IMG/VR virus record: IMGVR_UViG_3300027751_000013
DNA length: 20,000 nt
Source of the DNA: an uncultured virus (IMG/VR IMGVR_UViG_3300027751_000013)
Taxonomy: Duplodnaviria; Heunggongvirae; Uroviricota; Caudoviricetes
Reading direction: 5' to 3' (one strand)
Each line of letters starts with the position of its first letter. Position 1 is the first letter of the stretch. The notes under the pieces were generated by a model. It worked only from the letters and a program-made list of their open reading frames with translations, did no database searches and was not told the origin of the DNA. Shown here in pieces: positions 5,992 through 15,522 of the stretch. Both the position numbers and the translations under genes were made by a program.

Positions 5992-6369
5992 ATGAGTTTA
6001 GATAAAGAAATATTTAATGGAAAGACCCTATCAGATCTTTTCGGAGAAATCTACGATAACTCTAAAGATACAAGATCACAAGTTCAAGGGTTAATTAGAG
6101 AGTTAAAACCTCTAATAGAGAACATAGGAGATGCGACTTTAATCGTCCCTATGATAAAAGAATACATGGAGATAGGTGTAAAGAATGACGACGCTTTAAT
6201 TAAGATGGCCACAATCATTCAAAGGATAGTAAGCGCAGAATCTAAAGGTGAGTCTGCAAGTGATTTTGATTTCTCAGATTTACAAGATTTGTTAGAAGAA
6301 CAGAATCAAATAGAGGCTGAATTAGAATCAGTTAAGAAAGAAGAAGAGACGGATGAATCTATCAACTAG
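5992..6369 (+). CDS. Hypothetical helical protein, first gene of the late operon
   Basis: 125-aa all-alpha ORF with an acidic C-terminus; function not recognised. Confidence 0.8.
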   Translation: MSLDKEIFNGKTLSDLFGEIYDNSKDTRSQVQGLIRELKPLIENIGDATLIVPMIKEYMEIGVKNDDALIKMATIIQRIVSAESKGESASDFDFSDLQDLLEEQNQIEAELESVKKEEETDESIN

Positions 6370-7510
6370 TTTTTCCAGTAATTTAAACTCAGCTAACAGG
6401 TTACCGGCAAATAACCTTGCTTTAATCCCTGTACGTGTCATCGATGTGATTATGGATGAAACTCATCCTGAGTATAATAAGTACGGAAAAACTAAATGTA
6501 TTGGAGCCATTAAATATCAACCAGTAGATAAAAAGCTAAACAGCGACAATACCGAAACACTACCTATTGCTTTTCCTTCTAGTGCAACTTTAAGAACGAT
6601 CCCACTAGTAAACGAAATAGTACTTCTTACCTCAGCTCCTGACGAAGAGTCTTCTAATGAGAAGTCTACTAGTTCTACTTTTTATTATATATCTATCATA
6701 TCTGTTTGGAATCATCCCCACCATAATGCCTCCCCAGACGGTGTTTCTACATCTAAGGTAGATTTAGGGAATGACTTTAAAGAGAAAAACAACATAAACC
6801 CTCTACAGCCGTACCCAGGAGATGTTTTAGTAGAAGGGAGACAAGGTCAATCCATACGATTGTCTGGTACTAAACATTTTAAGAATATATATACCAACCA
6901 ATCTAATGAAGGAGATCCTTTTACTATTATAAGTAATGGCCAAAAGAAGACTGAAAATGGTTCTGATTACATTGAAGAAGATATAAACGAAGATGAATCT
7001 TCGATATATCTTGTTTCTAATCACACAGTTCCGTTAAAACAAGCTAGAGATAAGATAAAAGCTTGGAAGAAAGCTCCAATAAAAGCAGATAAGTATGAAG
7101 GTTCACAAGTAGTTGTGAATGGAGGAAGACTTTATTTTAATTCAAAAGAAGAAAGCATCTTATTTTCAAGTAAAGAAGCTTTCGGAGTTACCTCTAAAAA
7201 CATTAATTTAGATGCTAAAGACTATATAGCACTAGATGCAGAAAAAATATACTTAGGGGAAAAAGCTTTAGTTGAAGAATACGAACCTGTACTATTAGGG
7301 GAGTCAACAGAACAGTTTTTAAGTGAATTACTATACAATTTAAAAGAACTAGCTAAAGATTTAGTAAAAGCTAAAACTATAGACGGTAAAATTATCCCTA
7401 ATTTAATATTAAGAGGTAAATTACTTGAAGCAGGAATGAAAAGCTTAGAGGCACAAATTAACCCCGGAGGAAAATCACAACTCAAATCCAGAAAAGTATA
7501 CACTGAATAA
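6353..7510 (+). CDS. Baseplate hub/central spike protein (gp5/gpV-like), putative
   Basis: OB-fold-like N-terminus (VRVIDV...PLVNEIVLL...YY), GDVLVEGRQGQSIRL motif and C-terminal beta-helix-like repeats (INLDAKDYIALDAEKIYLG); upstream of gp25/gp6 homologues. Confidence 0.6.
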   Translation: MNLSTSFSSNLNSANRLPANNLALIPVRVIDVIMDETHPEYNKYGKTKCIGAIKYQPVDKKLNSDNTETLPIAFPSSATLRTIPLVNEIVLLTSAPDEESSNEKSTSSTFYYISIISVWNHPHHNASPDGVSTSKVDLGNDFKEKNNINPLQPYPGDVLVEGRQGQSIRLSGTKHFKNIYTNQSNEGDPFTIISNGQKKTENGSDYIEEDINEDESSIYLVSNHTVPLKQARDKIKAWKKAPIKADKYEGSQVVVNGGRLYFNSKEESILFSSKEAFGVTSKNINLDAKDYIALDAEKIYLGEKALVEEYEPVLLGESTEQFLSELLYNLKELAKDLVKAKTIDGKIIPNLILRGKLLEAGMKSLEAQINPGGKSQLKSRKVYTE

Positions 7511-8352
7511 TGCCACACGGATATTTAAAAGAATTTAAAAGTTTACTAGCTCAATTTGCTGCCTTTAAAATAGGAGATCTTGAAGCTATGGCTATACAGT
7601 ATGCTAATACCAAAGTAAATGAAATTATAAACGAATTACTTAATCAATGTCCGCCGCCTGAAGTTTTAAAGCAAATGGGTAAGACTGTTGACAATGTAAA
7701 CAGTCTAATGAATAAGGTAGATAGACAAGTAGGGCAATTAGAAAAACTTCCAAAAAAATTAGATAAGCCAATCAAAGCGGGTAAGATAATAGTAGAGGTA
7801 CTTTCACACATGCCGCTACCTTCGACTATTGGAGGACCAGGCCCGATAGGTGTAATATTTTCAGTACCGACAGGAGTCATACAGGCACAAGCACAACTAC
7901 TAACGTTTACTTCTAATATGATTAACACATTAGAAAATGACCAGACAGCTATCAAGGATCTGTTATCATCTGCCTCCGGTATATTTTCCCCAGTTCGAAC
8001 TAAGCTTAGTAGAATAGAAAGGTTACTGGCTAGATGTGCTTCCAATCCAAATCTATCAGATGAAGATAGAAAAAAAATATTAGAAGGTTTACAGGATAAA
8101 AATACTGGAACCTCAGGTACAACTGCCGGAGGAAAAGGAAAAGGAGTGGAGTATACTTCCAATATTAATGGAAATACATACACTATATCCATTGTAACAA
8201 ATACCGAGACAGGTATAAGTGTACCACAAAGACAAGCAGTAGCTAAAGATTTTAGAGGAATTATAGTAATAAAAGGCCCTTTATCTTTTGCAAGCTCTGA
8301 GCAAGTCTTAATAGATGAATTAAAATTTAGAATAGATAATCAACTTCCATAA
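7510..8352 (+). CDS. Hypothetical virion-associated protein
   Basis: 280-aa ORF coupled by TAATG to the spike gene; helical with a central Pro/Gly-rich hydrophobic segment. Confidence 0.7.
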   Translation: MPHGYLKEFKSLLAQFAAFKIGDLEAMAIQYANTKVNEIINELLNQCPPPEVLKQMGKTVDNVNSLMNKVDRQVGQLEKLPKKLDKPIKAGKIIVEVLSHMPLPSTIGGPGPIGVIFSVPTGVIQAQAQLLTFTSNMINTLENDQTAIKDLLSSASGIFSPVRTKLSRIERLLARCASNPNLSDEDRKKILEGLQDKNTGTSGTTAGGKGKGVEYTSNINGNTYTISIVTNTETGISVPQRQAVAKDFRGIIVIKGPLSFASSEQVLIDELKFRIDNQLP

Positions 8353-8358
8353 ACTAAC

Positions 8359-8366
8359 TATTTATA
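8359..8366 (+). promoter_or_regulatory. Putative late promoter TATTTATA
   Basis: In a 17-nt gap, ending 3 nt before ATG 8370. Confidence 0.55.
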
Positions 8367-8369
8367 TAT

Positions 8370-8852
8370 ATGAAACTCGATCAACTTAGAAAGATAATCA
8401 GAGAAGAAGTGAGAGCCGCTGTTAAGGAAGAGTTACAAGAAGTAATGAACGAAGCAGTTAAAGCAGCTAGCACACCTACAGGATTACAACCAGCTCCTAT
8501 AGCAGGAGAGACCTCATGGTCAGCACCGAAAAAACCTTCAAGACAGGATTTAGCAGAAATGATGGGCTTATCTGATATGAAACCAAAGACAACTAATTTA
8601 AAGTTCGACGATCCAATCCAAGAGATGTTAAATCAAACTAAAAATAATATGTCTGGAGAGGAGTATAAGAATGTTATGAACTTTGATTCGTCAATGGTAC
8701 AGAAACCAAGCTTCGCTTCCTCTATGGCTAATCAAATGGGAATGACATCACCGGAAAATATGCCCGGTTTAGATATATCTCAATTAAGTTTTGTAAAAAA
8801 AGCTAAAAAGGTTTTAGATCTAGCTAACGAAAAAAGTAGTAATAGACTATAA
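8370..8852 (+). CDS. Hypothetical late protein with N-terminal LRKIIREEV helix
   Basis: 160-aa Met/Pro-rich, likely partly disordered ORF; TAATG-coupled to the gp25-like gene. Confidence 0.7.
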   Translation: MKLDQLRKIIREEVRAAVKEELQEVMNEAVKAASTPTGLQPAPIAGETSWSAPKKPSRQDLAEMMGLSDMKPKTTNLKFDDPIQEMLNQTKNNMSGEEYKNVMNFDSSMVQKPSFASSMANQMGMTSPENMPGLDISQLSFVKKAKKVLDLANEKSSNRL

Positions 8853-9262
8853 TGGCATTTCAAATTCAAAAAATATACCCTCTAGATTTAGAACCTAGAA
8901 AAGCTATCGGAGTAGATTTACCTTTCTCTGGTAAAGCTGTATTTAATTCTAATTACTTAACTAAGGATGCTATTAGGAACAACCTAATTAATTATTTTTT
9001 GACTAATAAAGGTGAAAGGTACCTAAACCCTTCCTTTGGCTCTAATATTAGAAAAATGCTGTTTGAGAATATAACTCAAGATACATTACAGGATATTAAA
9101 GAGATTATAGCTGAAGATTTAGCCACATACTTCCCAAGAGTGGTACCAAAAACATTTGAACTAACAGCTACACCGAACTCTAATACTGTTAGGTTTTATT
9201 TGAAGTATACAATAGCAGACACAAATATAGAAGATGAACTTCTAATTAATATCGACCAATAA
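8852..9262 (+). CDS. Baseplate wedge/sheath-initiator protein, gp25-like (GPW_gp25)
   Basis: IRNNLINYFLTNKGERYLNPSFGSNIRKMLFE...YFPRV is the canonical gp25/W pattern. Confidence 0.9.
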   Translation: MAFQIQKIYPLDLEPRKAIGVDLPFSGKAVFNSNYLTKDAIRNNLINYFLTNKGERYLNPSFGSNIRKMLFENITQDTLQDIKEIIAEDLATYFPRVVPKTFELTATPNSNTVRFYLKYTIADTNIEDELLINIDQ

Positions 9263-11073
9263 TGGCAGAAGAAAGAGACATAAAGTATATTAATAAAGAC
9301 TTTTCTGATTTTAGAAATCAATTAGTGGAGTACGCTAAAAACTACTTTCCTGATAGCTACAACGATTTTTCTCCTACCTCACCCGGTATGATGTTTATCG
9401 AAATGGCTTCTTATGTTGGAGATGTACTGTCCTTTTACCAGGACACCCAGCTTCAAGAAACATACTTAACCTATGCTAAAGACCCTAAAAACCTATATGC
9501 TTTAGCATATATGATGGGATATAAACCTAAAGTAACCGGAGTAGCAGAAGTCGATATCGAGATCTCACAGATTATAGATGCTACCGGTGGTAGTTATAAC
9601 CCTAACTGGGATCAAGCAGCAATTTTACAGCCAAACGCTATTCTAAGATCCACCGATAGCTCACAAACTTCATTTATTATTGAACAGAGAGTAGACTTTT
9701 CTTATTCAAGCTCTTTCGATCCAACAGATGTTATAATAAACAGCTTAGATTATTCAAACCTTCCAGAAAGCTACAAACTTACTAAAACAGTTAAAGCTAT
9801 TTCAGGAGAAGTAAAAACTACTACACAAGCTATAACTTCTGTAGAAAAGTTTAAAACCATAACTATTCAAGATAGTAATATAGTTAGGATATTAGAAGTA
9901 ACTGACTCCGATAATAACGTATGGTACGAAGTTCCTTTTTTAGGTCAAGATACAATTTATGTTGATGAAGAGGCTACCTTTTCTACATCTAATGGACTAC
10001 CACATACATTAAGTTTAAGAAAAGTTCCAAGAAGATTTGTTTCTAGGTTTCTTTCTAGCGGGTATTTACAACTTCAATTCGGAGCCGGTACAAATAGTAG
10101 TGATGATTCCGTTATATTACCCGACCCGTCAAATTTAAATATAGGGAATAATAATGCAGATAGTACAATAGATAGAGCTTTTGATCCATCTAACTTTCTA
10201 TATAGTAAATCTTACGGTATCGCACCTAGTAATACCACATTAACAATTAAATACCTCACAGGTGGAGGAGTAACTGCTAACGTTCCTGCTAATACAATCA
10301 CAGTAGCATCTAATGTAACAATATCTCCATCATTTGCAACACTCACCTACAACAACCCTAAACCAGCAGCTGGAGGAAGAGATGGTGATACTGTAGAAGA
10401 ATTAAGACAAAATTCTTTAAGAGCTTTCAACGAGCAAAATAGAGCAGTAACACTACAGGATTACACAGTAAGAGCATTATCATTACCTGGAAAATTTGGA
10501 AGTATAGCTAAAGCTTATGCTACTCAAGATCAATTAACCAACACAAACAGCGTAGATTCAGTTCTATTAGACAATAACCCACTAGCTATTTCACTTTATG
10601 TACTATCTTACGATGTAAACAAAAAACTAGTTCAAGGCTCTGTAAAATTAAAAGAGAATTTAAAAACATACCTTTCTGAGTATATGCTACTCACAGACTC
10701 TATAAACATTAAAGACGCATTTATAGTAAATATTGGCGTAAATTACGATATTATAGTGAGACCAGATTATAGCGGTAGAGATGTGCTCCTTAACTGTAAC
10801 ATAAAATTACAAGAGTTATTTAATATTACCAAATGGACAATTAACCAACCGGTGAACTTATCGCAAATTTACTCTACTTTAGATAAAGTAAAAGGAGTAC
10901 AAACAATACAGAATATAGAAGTAGTAAATAAAGCAGGAGGAAACTATAGTGCTTTCGGTTATGATGTAAAAGGAGCAACAAGAAATAACGTAGTTTACCC
11001 TTCTTATGATCCTTGTATATTTGAAGTAAAATTCCCAGAACAGGATATTAAAGGAAGAATAACAACATTATAA
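9262..11073 (+). CDS. Baseplate wedge protein, T4 gp6/baseplate J-like
   Basis: N-terminal KDF...PGMMFIEMASYVGDVLSFY...LAYMMGYKP; LQFGAG; GGRDGDTVEELR...QNRAVTLQDY motifs. Confidence 0.9.
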   Translation: MAEERDIKYINKDFSDFRNQLVEYAKNYFPDSYNDFSPTSPGMMFIEMASYVGDVLSFYQDTQLQETYLTYAKDPKNLYALAYMMGYKPKVTGVAEVDIEISQIIDATGGSYNPNWDQAAILQPNAILRSTDSSQTSFIIEQRVDFSYSSSFDPTDVIINSLDYSNLPESYKLTKTVKAISGEVKTTTQAITSVEKFKTITIQDSNIVRILEVTDSDNNVWYEVPFLGQDTIYVDEEATFSTSNGLPHTLSLRKVPRRFVSRFLSSGYLQLQFGAGTNSSDDSVILPDPSNLNIGNNNADSTIDRAFDPSNFLYSKSYGIAPSNTTLTIKYLTGGGVTANVPANTITVASNVTISPSFATLTYNNPKPAAGGRDGDTVEELRQNSLRAFNEQNRAVTLQDYTVRALSLPGKFGSIAKAYATQDQLTNTNSVDSVLLDNNPLAISLYVLSYDVNKKLVQGSVKLKENLKTYLSEYMLLTDSINIKDAFIVNIGVNYDIIVRPDYSGRDVLLNCNIKLQELFNITKWTINQPVNLSQIYSTLDKVKGVQTIQNIEVVNKAGGNYSAFGYDVKGATRNNVVYPSYDPCIFEVKFPEQDIKGRITTL

Positions 11074-11074
11074 T

Positions 11075-12193
11075 ATGGCAGTATATAAAATATTTCCCGA
11101 TAAAGATACATTTATCTACACTGAAGTACCGATTGCGAATGCAGGGTATGACGAGATGTTAGAGATAGGAGGTTATAATATATCTGAAGTACCGCAAATG
11201 TCTAGGATACTTTTACATTTTGCCGATAGAGAGGTTAATGATGTTGTATCTAATAAGATAGGATCTACCGAATATAGCGCCAGCCTTAACCTAAAGATAG
11301 CTACTGCATATGAAACACCTATATCCCACTCGGTTTATGCCTATCCGGTGTATGAATATTGGGACGGTGGAGTAGGTAAGTATGGAGACTACCCATGGGA
11401 TTTATCCGGGGCTGCTTGGAGATATGCACTAGAACAAAGTAAGGGATCTTGGACTTTACCTCACAATACCGTTAACATGCCAGCCTACGTTACAGGTTCG
11501 TACCTTGAAGGGTATCCCGGAGGAGGAAACTGGTATACAGGTTCTAATGGTATTAGTTTAGAATCTAGTCAAAGCTTTGAAGTAAATGATAGTGTAGACC
11601 TAGATTTAAACGTTACTGAGGCAGTTAAATTAATGTATACAGGAAGTATATCAAATAACGGATTTATACTCAAATTTCCATCGGATATAGAGTTTGATAT
11701 TACATCTTCTGTTAGACATAAATTTTATAGCGCAAATACAAATACAATATATCCTCCAACTTTAGACTTAAAATGGGACGATAGTTCATACCTTACTGGA
11801 AGCCTAGATGTATTAGGAACAGATATTGCCGAAATTGATATCACCAATAATAAAGGACAATATCCAGATATAGGTAAACAAAGATTTAGATTACTAGCTA
11901 GACCTAAATTCCCAGTAAGAACATTTACAACTAGTTCAGTATACAAAACTAATTACGCTTTACCTCAAGAATCATACTGGGGGTTGAAAGATGAATTTAC
12001 AGAAGAGATGGTCATACCTTTTGATGACGAGTTTACAAAAATATCTTGTGATGAAAAAGGTTCCTACTTTGATATATACATGGATGGATTACAACCAGAG
12101 AGGTACTATAGGGTATTAGTTAAGTCCGTAATAGATGGAACAACAGCAGTCATTAATAAAGATAACGTATTTAAGGTAGTTAGAAATGGCTAA
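11075..12193 (+). CDS. Baseplate-associated protein with a DNRLRE/CBM96-like domain
   Basis: Pattern DTFIY..P.AN.G...LEIG...SRILLHF...SASLNL...W...LNVT.AV...NNGFILK...FYS...PTLDLKW typical of DNRLRE domains; position after gp6. Confidence 0.6.
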   Translation: MAVYKIFPDKDTFIYTEVPIANAGYDEMLEIGGYNISEVPQMSRILLHFADREVNDVVSNKIGSTEYSASLNLKIATAYETPISHSVYAYPVYEYWDGGVGKYGDYPWDLSGAAWRYALEQSKGSWTLPHNTVNMPAYVTGSYLEGYPGGGNWYTGSNGISLESSQSFEVNDSVDLDLNVTEAVKLMYTGSISNNGFILKFPSDIEFDITSSVRHKFYSANTNTIYPPTLDLKWDDSSYLTGSLDVLGTDIAEIDITNNKGQYPDIGKQRFRLLARPKFPVRTFTTSSVYKTNYALPQESYWGLKDEFTEEMVIPFDDEFTKISCDEKGSYFDIYMDGLQPERYYRVLVKSVIDGTTAVINKDNVFKVVRNG

Positions 12194-12545
12194 TGAAATA
12201 AAAATACATAAGACGGTTCTAAAAAAGGACGAATTTAATAAAGTTGTTGATTCTAACTTTTCTACATTTGTAGATCCCGTAGTTGAAGTTAATAACGATA
12301 CTGTAGCTGAATTTTTTAGACTATACAGTAAATTATATTATGAGATTCCAATTGAAGGAGAAGCTAATTCACATACTTACTTATTAAAAGAAAGTTCTAA
12401 ATTAGTAGATTTAGAAAAAGACCTTACAGATGTACAACCGTTACTAGATGAGATAACAGAACTTAGAGAAAGATTATTGGTTATAAATCAAGAAAAGATT
12501 GAAATACAGACACAGGCTATAACAGATGCAGCAAACAACGTATAA
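12186..12545 (+). CDS. Hypothetical structural-operon protein with C-terminal coiled coil
   Basis: 119 aa, overlapping both neighbours by a few nt; LLDEITELRERLL heptads. Confidence 0.75.
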   Translation: MANEIKIHKTVLKKDEFNKVVDSNFSTFVDPVVEVNNDTVAEFFRLYSKLYYEIPIEGEANSHTYLLKESSKLVDLEKDLTDVQPLLDEITELRERLLVINQEKIEIQTQAITDAANNV

Positions 12546-15495
12546 GACTTTTTTAGTAGACACTACTAATGAACAACAGGAATACCAAAGTAGAGATGTC
12601 GAGCTAGTTACTAGTTACGATATTAACTCTGTATTTATCCCTGAAAAACATAATATAGAACTTCACGTATACTCTATAGACGGAGAACTTTTAGAATCTA
12701 ACCACAATTACGTAGACCAGTCGTACCTACAGGGATCAGAAACCTCTGGGACAAAAGGTGCGTCAAAACTTACACTTAACCCAGAACAAGACGCCTTAAA
12801 TCTGGGGTACGAATACGGGGGAATAAGACTTAGTTATAATTTCCTAGATAATTTATTTTCTGAGTTAAAATCAAATGTAGACTTTTTCATTGAAGAAATC
12901 TCCCCGGACAGAACAGAAGTAAGGCTCCTAACAACAAAGCTAACAGATGATCAGATAACTACATTTGTAGAAGCAATACAGGTTAAATTAAACTCAACCT
13001 CTTACCTATCTGATTTCAGGTTAAATTTTAAAAAAAATAACCTACTAATAGGGGTTAATATTAGTACCCAAAATTATAAAAACAGTAAGTCAGTAATAGT
13101 AAAATTATACGAACCTCTTCCTGCAAGACACACCGTAAAAGATATACTAACATTAGAAGAAGTAATATCAGATACAGTTACTTTTGAAATAGAAGCTGAA
13201 TCAGTTACCGATGAAATAAAAGTACCTTACCTTAAAGGTCCGAATTTTAGTCTAGATCTTTCTGAAGAGAGTACAATACCTTCTCAATACCTTAACTACG
13301 AAGAACTATTTAACTTTCCTACAAATAACACTTATAGAGAGTTAAGATCTTTGTTTGAAGAGAAGAGTATTAATATTAGTATAGACTATACAGATTACGA
13401 AAATTTTATTCAATTTTCATCTGCAGACGAAAGATTAAGAAACTTTAAATATAAACTTGATCTTATAGAGAACTACCAAAGCTATTTAGATTCAACCGGT
13501 AGTTTAAATGTAGACAATACATATTACGAAGGATTAATCAACAACATCCTTCAGAACTTCGACCATTACGATAGACACCTATACTATGAAAGCGGTTCAA
13601 CATCATGGCCTAAATCTAATACAACAAAACCCTATGTAAACACTACCGGACCGGCAACAGGATCCTGGTGGAATACTCAAATAGGAACAGCAATACTGTT
13701 TGATCAACAAAACCCTAACCGGTTACTAAACACTGTACCTACATACCTTAGAGAAGATTCTAACAATGAACCTTATAATGTATTCCTAAATATGTTAGGG
13801 CAGCATTTTGATAACTTATGGATATACTCAAAAGCTGTAACAGATAAGTACGACGCTGATAACAGACTTGATAAAGGTATTTCTAAAGATCTTATTCAAG
13901 ACGCTCTTAAAAACTTTGGTTTAAAGTTATACACAAGCAATAAGTCTACCGAAGATCTATTTAAAACTTTTACCGGTGAATTTTACCAACCAGGGGAAGA
14001 AGTTGTTAATACATTTATAACCGCTTCTACTAGCCCTACTTCCGAAGAAAATTATAGAAGAGAAGTATACAAAAGACTGTACCATAACTTACCTTTACTT
14101 TTAAAATCTAAAGGAACAGAAAGAGCTGCAAGAGTACTTTTAAATAGTTTTGGTGTACCTACTTTAAACAGCGATGGAGCCCATAAAGGACTTTATATTA
14201 GAACTCAAGGTGGGCAAAGAACAGACGGCTCTATTAACTTAGGACCACAGCAACAATCTACTAGTTCGTTAGCCAATATTAAAATAGACAGTACCGGAAG
14301 TATTATATCCGGTAGTACATTATCTATATATACATCAATTAATAAAAGACCAACCGAGTTTACAGACCAAGTACACTCTGTGGAAATAGGATACTCAGTA
14401 GCTGAATATCAAAATGATCAAATTTACACTGCTTTAACAGCCAGCGGATTTAATATTGATGATATTATAGGAGACCCAGGTCTTGCTTTTTCGAGCAGTT
14501 ACCAAGCATTAAATAACCAAGCTAACTCTATACTAAAAAGCAATACATATAACCTACAGGAGTTTACAAGACTATTAAAATTCTACGATAACGTAGTATT
14601 TAAAATGGTTAAAGACTTTGTACCCGCTAGATCAAACACAGAAACAGGTATTGTAGTAAAACCTCACCTACTTGAAAGAAATAAAGTAAAACAAGTTCAA
14701 GGTACATTTACTAATGATATTATAACCGGTTCAATTACAGTAGGAAACTATAGTGGCAGCCATGGTAAATCATTTGGAAGTAGTGTAGAAAAAACTACAA
14801 ACTATAGTTCTAGTTATATGACTTCAGGAGGAATAGCCCCTAAAAAAGATCATTTATTAGAACAAGCAAAATTTAACGGAGAATTATCAGGAAGCCAAAT
14901 CACTGTTTCACAAACAGATTTTTACCCTATTAATCCATTTAAATACGCATATTCTACCGGTGTTAAATATAAACTCGGTATCATCCAGTACGAAGAACCT
15001 CCAACACCAACTCCAACTAGTACACCTACTCAAACTCCAACACCTACCCCTACTAATGCGGTGATAGTTCCTTCTGCTACTCCAACAGGTACTCCAACTC
15101 CTACTCCGACAACTGTAGGACAAACATACCAGATAGGGCTAAATGTCTTATTAGCAGTACTAGAAGCAGGTGAGTGCCCGACATATGTAGCTACATATAC
15201 CGATACAAACGGACAAAGTGGACCGTTAACTTCATTTAGTGCACTAGTTCCTTGCTCCTCAAGTGTGTTTAAACTTAGAAATGCGCCAAGCCCTTCCTTT
15301 TATTCGATAGCTACAGTTAGCAGAACTCAACCTGATTCAACAGTTGCAGATTTTACAACTATACAGTTTGTAAGAAATAACACAGTAGAATATACAAGAT
15401 TCATAGCAGTAGATAACCCTGTTACTTCTATTTCGTACCAATTCAACAATGTTAACCCGGAAGATGAATTAGACATAATAATATCAGAAGGGTAG
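12526..15495 (+). CDS. Large baseplate wedge protein (gp7/P2 gpI-like core) with PT linker and C-terminal domain
   Basis: VPTYLRED...FLNMLGQHFD and LYHNLPLLLKSKGTERAARVLLNSFG match the gpI/gp7 '..KGT..A...L' motif; KMVKDFVPAR; PT-rich linker at about 14998-15115. Confidence 0.65.
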   Translation: MQQTTYKTFLVDTTNEQQEYQSRDVELVTSYDINSVFIPEKHNIELHVYSIDGELLESNHNYVDQSYLQGSETSGTKGASKLTLNPEQDALNLGYEYGGIRLSYNFLDNLFSELKSNVDFFIEEISPDRTEVRLLTTKLTDDQITTFVEAIQVKLNSTSYLSDFRLNFKKNNLLIGVNISTQNYKNSKSVIVKLYEPLPARHTVKDILTLEEVISDTVTFEIEAESVTDEIKVPYLKGPNFSLDLSEESTIPSQYLNYEELFNFPTNNTYRELRSLFEEKSINISIDYTDYENFIQFSSADERLRNFKYKLDLIENYQSYLDSTGSLNVDNTYYEGLINNILQNFDHYDRHLYYESGSTSWPKSNTTKPYVNTTGPATGSWWNTQIGTAILFDQQNPNRLLNTVPTYLREDSNNEPYNVFLNMLGQHFDNLWIYSKAVTDKYDADNRLDKGISKDLIQDALKNFGLKLYTSNKSTEDLFKTFTGEFYQPGEEVVNTFITASTSPTSEENYRREVYKRLYHNLPLLLKSKGTERAARVLLNSFGVPTLNSDGAHKGLYIRTQGGQRTDGSINLGPQQQSTSSLANIKIDSTGSIISGSTLSIYTSINKRPTEFTDQVHSVEIGYSVAEYQNDQIYTALTASGFNIDDIIGDPGLAFSSSYQALNNQANSILKSNTYNLQEFTRLLKFYDNVVFKMVKDFVPARSNTETGIVVKPHLLERNKVKQVQGTFTNDIITGSITVGNYSGSHGKSFGSSVEKTTNYSSSYMTSGGIAPKKDHLLEQAKFNGELSGSQITVSQTDFYPINPFKYAYSTGVKYKLGIIQYEEPPTPTPTSTPTQTPTPTPTNAVIVPSATPTGTPTPTPTTVGQTYQIGLNVLLAVLEAGECPTYVATYTDTNGQSGPLTSFSALVPCSSSVFKLRNAPSPSFYSIATVSRTQPDSTVADFTTIQFVRNNTVEYTRFIAVDNPVTSISYQFNNVNPEDELDIIISEG

Positions 15496-15522
15496 TTAAA
15501 AATCTAATACTATAGATAACAA

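Noticed and set aside
6827..8192. Minus-strand ORFs 6827-7024, 7222-7518 and 7644-8192
   Set aside because: Shadow ORFs antisense to coupled structural genes, with atypical composition.
6061..13890. Isolated TCTAAAGA/TCTATAGA matches (6061, 12673, about 13882)
   Set aside because: Single, unphased and within coding sequence; consistent with chance in AT-rich DNA.
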